DNA of 64,000 nucleotides from a bacterium (GTDB lineage: Bacteria > Zhuqueibacterota > QNDG01 > CAYUAG01): contig JAWODZ010000105.1 of assembly GCA_046483025.1 (NCBI GenBank), positions 7,206 through 71,205 of the forward strand, in the 5' to 3' direction. This document shows, in pieces, positions 27,910 through 37,274 of this stretch. Position 1 is the stretch's first letter, and each line of letters begins with the position of its first letter. The translations under genes and the position numbers were made by a program. Under the pieces are notes generated by a model. It ran no database searches. It was not told where the DNA came from and was given only the letters and a program-made list of their open reading frames with translations.

Positions 27910-30780
27910 GTGATTTCCACTATATATGTGCACAGAGTCAAGGATGATCCAAAGGCAGAAGTGCTTCTGCATCATTTTACTGCTGAAGGGTATCATTCTT
28001 TACAAAACCTGATTATTGAAAAAGTTTTCCGTTTTGAAGGTATACATACAAAGGAAGCTTTTCAACTAAAACCTCTTTTATGCCATCCCGAAACAGAAGA
28101 AATAGCAGCGCATTCAGTATTGGATGAGAAAAACGGGCCTGTTTTTGAAGTCGGGTATCAAAGGGCAGTTACTGATCCTGAACTTCCTTCCATACTCAGA
28201 GGATCTGAAGATCTGGGTGTTTCCGGAATTGAATGGGTAAGAATTGCTCATCGGTATCAGTTTAAAGGTATTGATACCACGCAGGCTGAGGAGATAGTAA
28301 AGCGTTATCTGTATAATCCTCAGGTAGAGACCATAATAAAATCCGGAGAAGAATGGGATACTCTGAAACCAGTAGGAAGTACCGGGCCAGTGACAAAGGT
28401 TGATCTGAGAGGATTAACCAGAGAGCAGCTGATCAGATTAAGTGAAGAAAGAAGATTATTTTTGGATGCAGATAATATGCTGCGAATTCAGGAAATAGAA
28501 AACAGGATGGGACGGCTGCTTACTGATGGAGAACTGGAGATGTTTGCTCAGACCTGGTCTGATCACTGTTTCCATACCACCTGGAAAAGTCTGGGTCTTT
28601 TAGAAATGTTGAACAAAGCTACGGTAAAAATAGATCATCCCCTGGTTATCTCTGTATTTGAAGATAATGCTGGTGCGGTAGAGTTTTATGATGGATGGGC
28701 TATAACTGTTAAGGGTGAGACTCACAATTCTCCTACTGCCATAAGCCCTTACGGGGGTATCATGACCAAACACGGGGGAGTAATCAGAGACACACTGGGA
28801 TGCGGGCAGGGAGCTTGGCCCATTGGAGGCAGTACAGTTATGGGGATCGGGGATCCTCGCACCATGTGGGAAGATCTTCCCAAAGGTGTATTACATCCTA
28901 AAACAATTTTAGCTGAAGCGATCAAAGGCACAGCAGATTATACCAATCCTATGGGAATCCCTATGATGTTTCCCAAATATCGCTTCCATCCTGACTATAT
29001 TGGTAAATGTTTTGCCCTGGGCCATTCAGTTGGGCTTATACCTGCTTCCAGAGCAAAAAAGGGTCATCCCGAATTAGGTGATATTGCTGTACTTATCGGG
29101 GGGAAAACAGGAAGAGACGGCATTCACGGCGCCACTGTTAGTTCGGGTTCTATGACCAGTGATACTGCTACCGTTGATGCTGCACATGTTCAAATCGGCC
29201 ATCCAATTGAAGAAAGAAAATTTATGGAAGCTATTCCGGTTCTCCGGGACAATAAATGTCTCCGGGCAATTACTGATCTTGGTGCTGCAGGTCTTTCTTC
29301 TGCTGCAGGAGAAATGGGTCAGGAGAGCGGTGTTTGGATTAATCTGGCAAAAGTACCGTTAAAAACAGAAGGAATGTACCCCTGGGAAATATGGATATCT
29401 GAAAGTCAGGAACGTATGCTGCTCTGTGTTCCTGCTGAAAAAAAAGAAGAAACCCTGGAGATTTTGCAAAGATATGAAGTGCCCTCAGCAGTTATAGGCA
29501 AGTTCACAGAATCAAAAAGATGTCAGGTAGTGTATGATCCGGAACAGGAAAGAGAACCGGAAGATTTACCTGTAACTCCTGATTTACAAGGGGAGGTACT
29601 TATTGATCTTGATTATAAGGATTTACGAAAAGGATGCAAATTGCCGGGAATATCGGTACAGGAGCCAGAGTCAGAGCATCATACCTTTACTCCTCCTGCT
29701 ATTGAAAATGAGAATGATTTTAAAACAGCTGTTACAAATATTCTTTCTCATCTGAATATTTGTGATCAGTCTGCTGCAGGAACCCAGTTTGATACTACTG
29801 TTCAGGGCAGGACAGTAATCGAACCCTATGGGGATAAAAAAAATTATATGCCTCATGATGTCTGGGTGTCTGCACCTTTACGGGGGAAAAGATACGGCTG
29901 TGCTGTATCTTTAGGGTACAATCCCTTTTATGGAGAGATTGCACCAGGGAGAGCAGGTAAACTAATAATGGTGGAAGCAATATCAAAGTTAATTACGGTC
30001 GGAGTTAATTATAAGGATATTGTTCTTTGTGATAATTTTTATACTCCCCGGATAAATTCAGAAGTGGCCTGGATATTAACAAAAATGGTGACTGAATGCT
30101 GTAATCTTTCTGTACAGTTAGGAACTCCTTTTATCAGTGGAAAAGACAGCTCCAGCGGAACCTATGTCGGCCCGGACGGAAAGAGGATAGATATTCCGCC
30201 TACTCTGGCGGTACTGGCGTTGGGAAGATTAAAAAATGTCAATAAAATAATTCCCAAATCCTGGCAGCGTGCAGGGGACAAGCTTCTGTTTGCCGGTCCT
30301 CTGAGTACTGAACTGGGTGGTTCTGTATATTTTGATACGTTTGACCAACGAGGAACGGATTTACCAGAGGTGAACCCGAAATTTTTAATAAAATTCTGGA
30401 AGAAAATTAACTCTTTACAGAAAAACGGTTTAATAAAGTCATCATCTGCTCTGGAACAGGGAGGACTGATCGTAAAATTATTCGAGATGGCTATGGGAAG
30501 TGGTTTGGGATGTGAAATTAACTTAAAGAATATCATGAGTAATATGAATGCGAATCGATTGGAAAATGTTTTGTTTTCTGAAATGATAGGTTCTCTTATA
30601 CTGGAAGTGGATAAGGATTCTGCAGACATTGTGATACAGGAGCTGGATTGTTTAGAACTGGGTCAGATAATCAATGGTTCTCATTTAAATTTTGATACAG
30701 ATAAATTTTCTGCTCACTTTTCTCTGTCAGAACTTATCGAAGTTTGGAAAAAGCCGTTTCCGAACTTATTAAATTTGTAA
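27910..30780 (+). CDS. purL: Phosphoribosylformylglycinamidine synthase subunit PurL with N-terminal PurS-like extension (PurSL fusion)
   Basis: ~210 aa N-terminal extension before the PurL linker/ATP-binding region (EMFAQTWSDHCFHTTWKS), duplicated PurM-like halves, GTG start. Confidence 0.85.
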   Translation: MISTIYVHRVKDDPKAEVLLHHFTAEGYHSLQNLIIEKVFRFEGIHTKEAFQLKPLLCHPETEEIAAHSVLDEKNGPVFEVGYQRAVTDPELPSILRGSEDLGVSGIEWVRIAHRYQFKGIDTTQAEEIVKRYLYNPQVETIIKSGEEWDTLKPVGSTGPVTKVDLRGLTREQLIRLSEERRLFLDADNMLRIQEIENRMGRLLTDGELEMFAQTWSDHCFHTTWKSLGLLEMLNKATVKIDHPLVISVFEDNAGAVEFYDGWAITVKGETHNSPTAISPYGGIMTKHGGVIRDTLGCGQGAWPIGGSTVMGIGDPRTMWEDLPKGVLHPKTILAEAIKGTADYTNPMGIPMMFPKYRFHPDYIGKCFALGHSVGLIPASRAKKGHPELGDIAVLIGGKTGRDGIHGATVSSGSMTSDTATVDAAHVQIGHPIEERKFMEAIPVLRDNKCLRAITDLGAAGLSSAAGEMGQESGVWINLAKVPLKTEGMYPWEIWISESQERMLLCVPAEKKEETLEILQRYEVPSAVIGKFTESKRCQVVYDPEQEREPEDLPVTPDLQGEVLIDLDYKDLRKGCKLPGISVQEPESEHHTFTPPAIENENDFKTAVTNILSHLNICDQSAAGTQFDTTVQGRTVIEPYGDKKNYMPHDVWVSAPLRGKRYGCAVSLGYNPFYGEIAPGRAGKLIMVEAISKLITVGVNYKDIVLCDNFYTPRINSEVAWILTKMVTECCNLSVQLGTPFISGKDSSSGTYVGPDGKRIDIPPTLAVLALGRLKNVNKIIPKSWQRAGDKLLFAGPLSTELGGSVYFDTFDQRGTDLPEVNPKFLIKFWKKINSLQKNGLIKSSSALEQGGLIVKLFEMAMGSGLGCEINLKNIMSNMNANRLENVLFSEMIGSLILEVDKDSADIVIQELDCLELGQIINGSHLNFDTDKFSAHFSLSELIEVWKKPFPNLLNL

Positions 30781-30793
30781 GCCAGGAGGTAGT

Positions 30794-31525
30794 TTGATGC
30801 AGCCTAAAGTAAAAGTTTTGTATGCTCCCGGTATCAACTGTCATTATGAGACAGCAGAAGCATTTCGCATGGTTGGAGCAGATCCGGATTTTTGTAATCT
30901 TACCAGTGATCTTCTTACCGGTAAACAGAAATTAACAGAATGTGACCTCATTGTTATTCCTGGTGGTTTTTCATTTGGTGATCACGTAGCAGCGGGTAGA
31001 ATTTTTGCAATAGATCTGATATTCAGACTCAATGAACAGCTTATGGAAGTCCGGGAAAAGCATATACCTATCATCGGAATCTGCAATGGTTTTCAGATAC
31101 TTATCAATTCAGGGTTACTTCCGGGGAATAATGATATTGGCAAGCCTGTTGCTATAGTTGACCGCAACAGATCTGCAGTATTTGAGAGCAGGTGGGTAGA
31201 TATATATGTGCAGGATACTGATTGTGTGTGGACTCAGGGTATAGATAAACAGAAGCTCCGCATTCCAGTAGCACATGGAGAAGGCCGGATAAGTCTTCCG
31301 GATGATTTTAATGAATCCCGTACAGTCTTTCGTTATGGTTCTGATTCTGGTACTGAGGAATATCCGGAAAACCCCAATGGTTCGGTTAAGGGAAGAGCAG
31401 GGATCTGTGATCCTACCGGGACCATACTGGGAATGATGCCTCATCCGGAGAGAGCTGTCTATCCCTGGTTAGGATCAGAAGACGGGCTGGAAATTCTTAA
31501 AGCTGGTGTTAAAGCGGTGAAATAG
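30794..31525 (+). CDS. purQ: Phosphoribosylformylglycinamidine synthase glutaminase subunit PurQ
   Basis: Class I GATase: PGGFSFGDH, ICNGFQIL (Cys nucleophile), His/Glu at C-terminus (MMPHPER). Ends with a TAG stop. Confidence 0.85.
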   Translation: MMQPKVKVLYAPGINCHYETAEAFRMVGADPDFCNLTSDLLTGKQKLTECDLIVIPGGFSFGDHVAAGRIFAIDLIFRLNEQLMEVREKHIPIIGICNGFQILINSGLLPGNNDIGKPVAIVDRNRSAVFESRWVDIYVQDTDCVWTQGIDKQKLRIPVAHGEGRISLPDDFNESRTVFRYGSDSGTEEYPENPNGSVKGRAGICDPTGTILGMMPHPERAVYPWLGSEDGLEILKAGVKAVK

Positions 31526-31620
31526 TGGTATTAATCAAGTATTTTTTTCTCGTTCGGCAATGAAAAAGAATATTAACGCAGAGCTCGCAAAGATTGCAAA
31601 GTGCTTCGCTTTGTCTTTTA

Positions 31621-31682
31621 ACCTCCCGAAGGTTTGGATCCTTTACTTCGTTCAGGACAAGCTCTTCGGGAGGTTTTTATTT
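31621..31682 (+). terminator. Probable intrinsic terminator of the pur operon (11-bp GC-rich stem acctcccgaag/cttcgggaggt, large loop, then TTTTTAT)
   Basis: Stem-loop followed by a T-run ~100 nt downstream of the purQ stop. Confidence 0.45.
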
Positions 31683-31694
31683 CAGAATTCCAGT

Positions 31695-32110
31695 GCGATC
31701 TGTCACACTTCAATGAACTCAGTGTGACGGAATACAGTCGATTTTAACATGCCTCACCGGCAGTCAGGGACTGCCTCTAACCGTTGTAAAAACAAAACTC
31801 CGGGTGTCCGAAGGACCCCGGGTGTTTTGCATAACCTTAGAGCAACTTCCAAAATCAAAAATCGTTAATCGTTGGTCGTACATGCATTACTACAATTCCC
31901 CACCCTGACAGGGCCATGACCCTGTCGAGACTGTCGAAAAAGTCAACTGATGTCTTTGCGAGGAACGCAGTGACGAAGCAATCTCCTTCAGTTAATTTAA
32001 AAATCTAGGGGATTGCTTCGTAAAAAACACTCGCAATGACATATTTAGGACTTTTTTGATAGCCTCGTCAGGGTCGGCAAACACTTCAGCACATTCCAAT
32101 CCAGCATGCA
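31695..32110. repeat. Cluster of GC-rich REP/BIME-like palindromic units in a ~780-bp noncoding region
   Basis: Units: tgtcacacttcaatgaactcagtgtgac (31701-31729). caccggcagtcagggactgcctctaaccgttgt (31755-31787). ccaccctgacaggg...gaccctgtcgag (31896-31925). ttgcgaggaacgcagtgacgaagcaatc...gattgcttcg...ctcgcaa (31955-32040). Each recurs elsewhere (37455-37487, 42867-43080, 21190-21248). Confidence 0.55.
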
Positions 32111-32240
32111 TTGGAATCCCCGTGGTCTCAAATTCTGTCAGGAGGAATGCAAGGTTAAAACACTCAGTGTCCATATTTGCTTGACAAGGGGAGTTTAAAA
32201 GCTGGATTCAAGAGTGGCAGGGCAAGTGGTAAAATTTTTC

Positions 32241-32269
32241 TTGACTATAAGCATTTCTGAGTTTATATT
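32241..32269 (+). promoter_or_regulatory. Sigma-70-like promoter (TTGACT, 17 nt spacer, TATATT) upstream of the TA module
   Basis: Consensus-like hexamers with 17-nt spacing, ~230 nt upstream of 32494. Confidence 0.35.
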
Positions 32270-32493
32270 ATTAAAAACCGAAAATTATAAAAATAAATGT
32301 CACTTTTATGTTACACATGAAACAAAATAGTTACAATATCATGATTGTAGAAGCGCTTTTAAAATCAGAAAATCACATAAGAGGGCTTGCTAAAGCGCTG
32401 AATACAAACCAGATGACAACTTCAAGAAGATTAGTGTTGAATTTTAGATTTTTAAGTTTTATCTTATTTAGTAAGAATGTAACATATTGTTGA

Positions 32494-32739
32494 ATGGAGG
32501 TGTATACAATGATCAATCCTCGAATTAAAAAAGAAATACTTGAACAACTTGATCACCTTAAATTTGAACAGCAGAATCAAATTTTACAATATATTAATAA
32601 TTTAACACATCAAAGAAAACATAGTGTGAACGGGAAAAAACTGTTAGATTTTGCTGGTGAAATTGATGAAGGTGATCTTAAAATAATATCTGATGTCATT
32701 GAACAGGGTTGCGAAAAGGTAAATCCTGATGAGTGGTAG
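32494..32739 (+). CDS. PIN-associated antitoxin (VapB-like), type II TA system
   Basis: 81-aa acidic protein overlapping the downstream PIN-domain gene by 11 nt. Confidence 0.55.
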   Translation: MEVYTMINPRIKKEILEQLDHLKFEQQNQILQYINNLTHQRKHSVNGKKLLDFAGEIDEGDLKIISDVIEQGCEKVNPDEW

Positions 32740-33118
32740 ATATCTACTTGATACTAATATAGTTATTGCTCTTTTTGCCGGTGATCCTTCAGTAACACAA
32801 CATCTTAAAAAAAGTGTTAATATTATTATTCCCAGTATTGTATTGGGAGAACTTTATTTTGGAGCACAAAAATCTGTTCATAAAGAAAAGAATATTAATC
32901 TTATTCATGAATTTGCTAAAGAATGTGCTGTTTATCACTGTGATGAATTAACAGCTTGGCATTATGGCAAAATTAAGGGTAAGTTAAAAATAAAAGGTAC
33001 ACCTATTCCGGAAAACGATTTATGGATTGCATCTATCTCAATTCAACATCAGATACCACTTGTTACTCGTGATATGCATTTTAATTCTATTGATACATTA
33101 GCAGTGATCAAATGGTAG
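32729..33118 (+). CDS. vapC: PIN-domain ribonuclease toxin VapC
   Basis: LLDTNIVI (Asp), ...GELYFGA (Glu), ENDLWIA (Asp), TRD motif; 129 aa. Confidence 0.8.
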   Translation: MSGRYLLDTNIVIALFAGDPSVTQHLKKSVNIIIPSIVLGELYFGAQKSVHKEKNINLIHEFAKECAVYHCDELTAWHYGKIKGKLKIKGTPIPENDLWIASISIQHQIPLVTRDMHFNSIDTLAVIKW

Positions 33119-33166
33119 TTATGTTTTTATATCAGCAGAACTATATAGTAAGAAAAGTATTCACCT

Positions 33167-33197
33167 CCACTAAATAGTAACAAAACCGAAAGCTTTA
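33167..33197 (+). repeat. 31-bp direct repeat copy 1 (ccactaaatagtaacaaaaccgaaagcttta), 27 nt upstream of the 33224 ATG
   Basis: Identical 31-mer at 37676-37706. Confidence 0.8.
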
Positions 33198-33223
33198 TAT
33201 ATGAGAAAGCTAATATAGGGGAT

Positions 33224-35203
33224 ATGAAAGCTTTTAAGAGTGTAAAGTATGCTTTAGCCGGAGCTGCTCTGTTCCTTAGTTTAGCAGGCGCTGTAAAAGG
33301 CAAAAGCCTTGACAAGGTTGTTGCAGAGGAAGCAGGAAGAACGGTCAGGGTTAAGGTTCTTGATGATTTTAACAATAATCCTCTTGACAGTGCATTGGTA
33401 AAGTTTGTATGCCAGAATGACACATCCATTGCATATAATGATACAACGAATTCTTCAGGAATGGCGGAGTTTGAGGATTTTAACACAAGCATCCCTGATG
33501 ACACAGATGTTCCCCTTGACTATAAGCTGAAGCAGAACTATCCTAATCCATTTAATCCATCTACAACAATACCAATAGACGTAGATAAGTATACTGATGT
33601 TAATTTGAGCATCTATAACATAAGGGGGCAGCTTGTTAAAACCCTTTACGATGGAAACCTCGAACCAGGAGAGCATTACCATACATGGGACGGCACTGAC
33701 AACAGCGGAACAGGAGTGGCTGCAGGAGTGTATATTGCAATGCTGGACAACGGCGAGTCAATAAAGATGATGCTTCTTGACGGCAACACAAACACATCAA
33801 TGGCTCCAAAGGTAAGGCTTAAGAAAACAAATAATGATATGGATGCAGGCAGGTGGTATGATGTTGATGTAAGCAGAAACAATTATGAGAGTTTGAGTGA
33901 TGTTGTTTTTGTGGAAGAAGGCGAAGGCGCGATTGAATTTGTATACAAGCTTACAAGAAACAATGAAGAGCCGGTTATCAAAGCAGAGGTTACACCAAAA
34001 GAGGCAGCAGTAGGGGACACAGTTACATTCTCTGATTTGGGAAGCTATGATCCTGATAATGACCCGATAAACTATGAATGGATAACAGAAGGCCAGCATT
34101 ACTTTACCTCTGATGCAAAGCACGCCTATGACGCAAAAGGAGAGAAGACTGTAACATTCAAGGTAACAGATGAAAGAGGCGCATCAAGTGATACAAGCTT
34201 TACCGTTACTGTGTCAGAGCTGGAGAGGATAGCGCAGGGATTGGTAACAGATATAACCAATGATTCCCTGTTATATGGACAGCCAGTCAGCATTGCAGGA
34301 AAAACAGACACAACTGACGTAGAAGGCAATTTCTCGATTGGGGGCTTAGAGCCGGGAACATACAGAATAAAGGTAGGCACAGGAACTGATTACCGCACAA
34401 TGGAAAGAGACGTCACAATCACAGAAGATGATACTACAAAAGTTGGTCCGCAGAGACTTGTTCCAAACAAACCCGGATTAACCGAGTTCCTTGACGGGAC
34501 AGTGTTTGCTGAGAAAGGCTGGTCTGAACCATGGGGAAAATATACGCAAAAATGGGCAAAGAAGGCAGACAGTGTTTGTGTGAACATTGACCACATGAAT
34601 GCATCAAGCCAGCAGCATGCAGAAACATTCATGACTGACCCTGATTTGGCTAGCTCAACATACGGTGTACATGATTACACAGCTCAGGAGATTCACAAGG
34701 TCGGTGAAGACGAACGCCCAGACTATGGCACACCGGGAACATTTATTTGGGAGTTTATTAATTCTACTCCATTTGCTGCAGTGTACGAAAACCCGCAGAA
34801 CAGGGGAAAAATAGATGCCACAGTTGTTAATATACCCAATGGCACAGATTTGGCAACAGCATACCATGAAGGATTGACAGCGATAACCGGGATTGATGAA
34901 GTTATTGAGGAACTAGAAGGAAAATATGAAAGCGCTCGTAACGAAACAACAACTACACCCTACATGTCAGATAAAGATATAATAATCAACAAATTCAACC
35001 AGGACAGAGACCATAATACATTAGAGGGAGATATTGGACCTTCTTCTGAAGCAGGGCTGGCTAAAGCTGCTCCTGGAAAGCCAATAATCATTTATGATGG
35101 GAAGGTCGTTGGAGATGAGGATTTAACTCCAAGCCAGATAAGTGCATATCACACTCTTTTGGAGAATTCTGTAAGACCGCCTACATATGTTATCTTTAAT
35201 TAA
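33224..35203 (+). CDS. Secreted multidomain protein: signal peptide, prealbumin-like fold, internal T9SS C-terminal-domain-like Ig module, PKD domain, CarboxypepD_reg-like domain, ~270-aa C-terminal domain of unknown function
   Basis: SP MKAFKSVKYALAGAALFLSLAGAVKG. Internal LKQNYPNPFNPSTTIPIDV...LSIYNIRGQLVKTLYDG...GVYIAMLDNG (T9SS type-A CTD signature) at residues ~99-190. PKD (VTFSDLGSYDPDNDPINYEW...TVTFKVTDERG). GTYRIKVG. Confidence 0.65.
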   Translation: MKAFKSVKYALAGAALFLSLAGAVKGKSLDKVVAEEAGRTVRVKVLDDFNNNPLDSALVKFVCQNDTSIAYNDTTNSSGMAEFEDFNTSIPDDTDVPLDYKLKQNYPNPFNPSTTIPIDVDKYTDVNLSIYNIRGQLVKTLYDGNLEPGEHYHTWDGTDNSGTGVAAGVYIAMLDNGESIKMMLLDGNTNTSMAPKVRLKKTNNDMDAGRWYDVDVSRNNYESLSDVVFVEEGEGAIEFVYKLTRNNEEPVIKAEVTPKEAAVGDTVTFSDLGSYDPDNDPINYEWITEGQHYFTSDAKHAYDAKGEKTVTFKVTDERGASSDTSFTVTVSELERIAQGLVTDITNDSLLYGQPVSIAGKTDTTDVEGNFSIGGLEPGTYRIKVGTGTDYRTMERDVTITEDDTTKVGPQRLVPNKPGLTEFLDGTVFAEKGWSEPWGKYTQKWAKKADSVCVNIDHMNASSQQHAETFMTDPDLASSTYGVHDYTAQEIHKVGEDERPDYGTPGTFIWEFINSTPFAAVYENPQNRGKIDATVVNIPNGTDLATAYHEGLTAITGIDEVIEELEGKYESARNETTTTPYMSDKDIIINKFNQDRDHNTLEGDIGPSSEAGLAKAAPGKPIIIYDGKVVGDEDLTPSQISAYHTLLENSVRPPTYVIFN

Positions 35204-35532
35204 TAAGGGATTGCTCCCATTGTCGAGTCTGCAGATGAAAAGCAGTCTCCTTCTGTCTGATAAGATACTTCACAACAGAAAGCATCTGAACCGCAGGGAG
35301 CGTGTTCATAACAACCGGGGTCCCATGGCGAAGTGCATATGGGGGAACACTTTCTTGTAGGAACACATTGATTCAAAGTCTTATCCCAAATATACTCCAT
35401 CTTACAGCAATGCGTAGTCCCGTCTGAATCTGGATGCAAATAATCACAGTGATAGCCGTTGCAGCAGTCTGACTGCTCTGTTCCGTCGTAATTGCACGGG
35501 TCGCTGCTCTGACCGCAGTCTCCAACACACTC
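35200..35532 (-). pseudogene. In-frame continuation (~110 codons, Cys-rich) of the 35533-36681 CDS beyond its TAG stop; likely disrupted 3' portion of the same gene
   Basis: Same reading frame as the upstream CDS, separated only by the TAG at 35533-35535. Translation ECVGDCGQSSDPCNYDGTEQSDCCNGYHCDY(L)HPDSDGTTHCCKMEYIWDKTLNQCVPTRKCSPICTSPWDPGCYEHAPCGSDAFCCEVSY... retains the same Cys-rich character. Confidence 0.5.
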
Positions 35533-36681
35533 CTATACATCAGTAGAAGTCTCTTGCAGCACATCAGTGTCTTCTGAGCAGCACTTGCATACTGTACTTT
35601 CTGTGTTGCATTTGTAATACTCATAATCATCATCGCCGCAGCAGTCTGTATCACCGCTATCAATCTCTGTCTGCGTGTATTCGCCGTGAGGTTCTGATTC
35701 TCCAGAAACAGCAGAACTGCATACACTGCCGCACATGCTGCTCATACTGTCGCAATCACCCCAGCCGGCTGTTACAAAAGGCATATTGCCCCAGACATAA
35801 CAAATCACACTGGTGTCATTTCCTGAACTGTAAAACTGAACTGCAGATCCTTGTGAATAGCATGTTTCATCAGGACCGATGCAGTCAAAGTCAGAGCAAC
35901 ACTCCAAAGGATCAGAAGAACTGCAAGTATAGGCTGTTCCTCCGGTAACAGATATCACATCAGAACCCTTCCACGCTACCTCTGAGTTTGTATAACACTT
36001 ATTCTCTATCTCACTATCATCATCACCGCAGCACTCCACTGTTGTTAAGTCACCATATTCACCTACTCCTGTTTCTCCTGCCATTGCATACTGTAAATCA
36101 CTGCAGGTTGTGTCATCGCAGTCAAGCCAAACAGAATTAGAGCATGTGATATTCCTGTCGTCACCGCTTTTGTCAATATCAAAGCGGCCGCCGTAGCATT
36201 CCCCATTGTAAACGCACTCATCATCATAAAGACAGCATCCCCAGTCAGCATTGTCAGAGGTGCATGCATCATCGCATTGCCTTGTTATTGCATAGTCTGT
36301 ACAGCACTCATCATTAACGCAAACACCGCCTGTGCAAGAGCTTCCATCTAACTTACCAACACACTCTCCAGCTACACAGTCATTATCCACGCAGTCCCAG
36401 CCGTCATTGCAGCAGTCAGTACATGAATCAACACAGTCAACCCAAGAACCGCCGTTGCAGTAATCTGCGTCGCCGTCGCCGTCAATATCGCCGCCAACAA
36501 TAGCCTCTCCGTTGCCAGAAGGATTTAATGGTCTTTCTATATCATAAGCTTCATAACAATAATCCCCGAGAACACAATCATCGCTATTAGGACAGATTAC
36601 ATAGGTCTGTGCAAAAGCAAGGCTAACCAAAACCAGTGCAATTCCTATCCATGCTGCTTGTTTCAAATTAATCAGGCACAC
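35533..36681 (-). CDS. Secreted Cys/Asp/Gly-rich repeat protein (no recognisable enzymatic domain), terminated by an in-frame amber codon
   Basis: SP MCLINLKQAAWIGIALVLVSLAFAQTY. ~60 Cys in 382 aa in recurring D-C-x-D / C-C-x-D / G-x-C contexts, Asp-rich calcium-binding-like stretches (GGDIDGDGDADYC). Confidence 0.55.
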   Translation of the reverse strand: MCLINLKQAAWIGIALVLVSLAFAQTYVICPNSDDCVLGDYCYEAYDIERPLNPSGNGEAIVGGDIDGDGDADYCNGGSWVDCVDSCTDCCNDGWDCVDNDCVAGECVGKLDGSSCTGGVCVNDECCTDYAITRQCDDACTSDNADWGCCLYDDECVYNGECYGGRFDIDKSGDDRNITCSNSVWLDCDDTTCSDLQYAMAGETGVGEYGDLTTVECCGDDDSEIENKCYTNSEVAWKGSDVISVTGGTAYTCSSSDPLECCSDFDCIGPDETCYSQGSAVQFYSSGNDTSVICYVWGNMPFVTAGWGDCDSMSSMCGSVCSSAVSGESEPHGEYTQTEIDSGDTDCCGDDDYEYYKCNTESTVCKCCSEDTDVLQETSTDV

Positions 36682-37090
36682 CTATTTCATAGTCTTCATA
36701 GTTTTTATATTCATCTGTGGAAGAAAGCACACATTTTTCATTTCCGTTTGTCCATCTCCAATCTCCCAGGAAATCATACTCGCCTCCCATACTTAAACAT
36801 GCATCAGAATCATCGTCAGCAGTGGAAACACAGCTATAGCCGTCCCATTCATAATACTCCGGGCAGCACTTGCCTGCAGAACAATGATTTGTTCCACAGC
36901 AGTCACTATCAGAAGAACAGCTCTCTCCTGATATTGTCCAGCAGCATCCATTGCCCGGGTCCCATTCCTGGCTAGGATTAAGGCAGATGTATGTATCCTT
37001 CAAGCCTGTCCATACTCCCGGAACATTTTCATTGTAAACATCAACTGAAAATGAAACAGGGTTATTGTCTGCATCAGGACAGCTTCCCAC
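36668..37090 (-). pseudogene. Cys-rich ORF fragment lacking ATG and signal peptide (frame open back to a stop at ~37228); probable remnant or frameshifted paralog of the adjacent Cys-rich gene
   Basis: Only a GTG start. Upstream in-frame sequence (SSESPLNLHYNFDALYGSSCTWSSNNGPTSSTSKTVTFEV) has no Met or hydrophobic leader. Contains CCGTNHCSAGKCC knot-like motif. Overlaps the downstream gene by 14 nt in another frame. Confidence 0.35.
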
Positions 37091-37274
37091 CTCAAAGGTA
37101 ACAGTCTTGGAAGTGGATGAAGTAGGACCGTTGTTGCTTGACCATGTACAGCTGCTACCGTAAAGAGCATCAAAGTTATAATGAAGATTTAAAGGACTTT
37201 CAGAACTGCAGTAACAAACAACCTTCTTTTAAGAATTTTAACCTTAGTAGAAACATATCATCTTAAAATTCCTT

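Noticed and set aside
31526-32300. Structured RNA gene (RNase P RNA, tmRNA, SRP RNA) in the long noncoding region
   Set aside because: None of the universal motifs is present (RNase P AGGAAAGTCCGG, tmRNA GGGGCTGAT 5' end / tRNA-like 3' end, SRP GGAAGCAGCC). The region is explained by stacked palindromic repeats.
31992-32493. Small ORFs 31992-32174 (-) and 32308-32493 (+)
   Set aside because: Embedded in or next to repeat DNA, with no RBS or motif support; the second might be a degenerate HTH fragment but cannot be supported.
35533-35535. Recoded TAG (pyrrolysine or alternative genetic code) in the Cys-rich gene
   Set aside because: TAG functions as a normal stop for purQ (30794-31525) in the same window; nonsense mutation or sequencing error is more parsimonious.
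35373-35726. Minus-strand 117-aa ORF
   Set aside because: Alternative frame overlapping the Cys-rich gene; translation is low complexity (A/T/I/Q-rich) with no signal.
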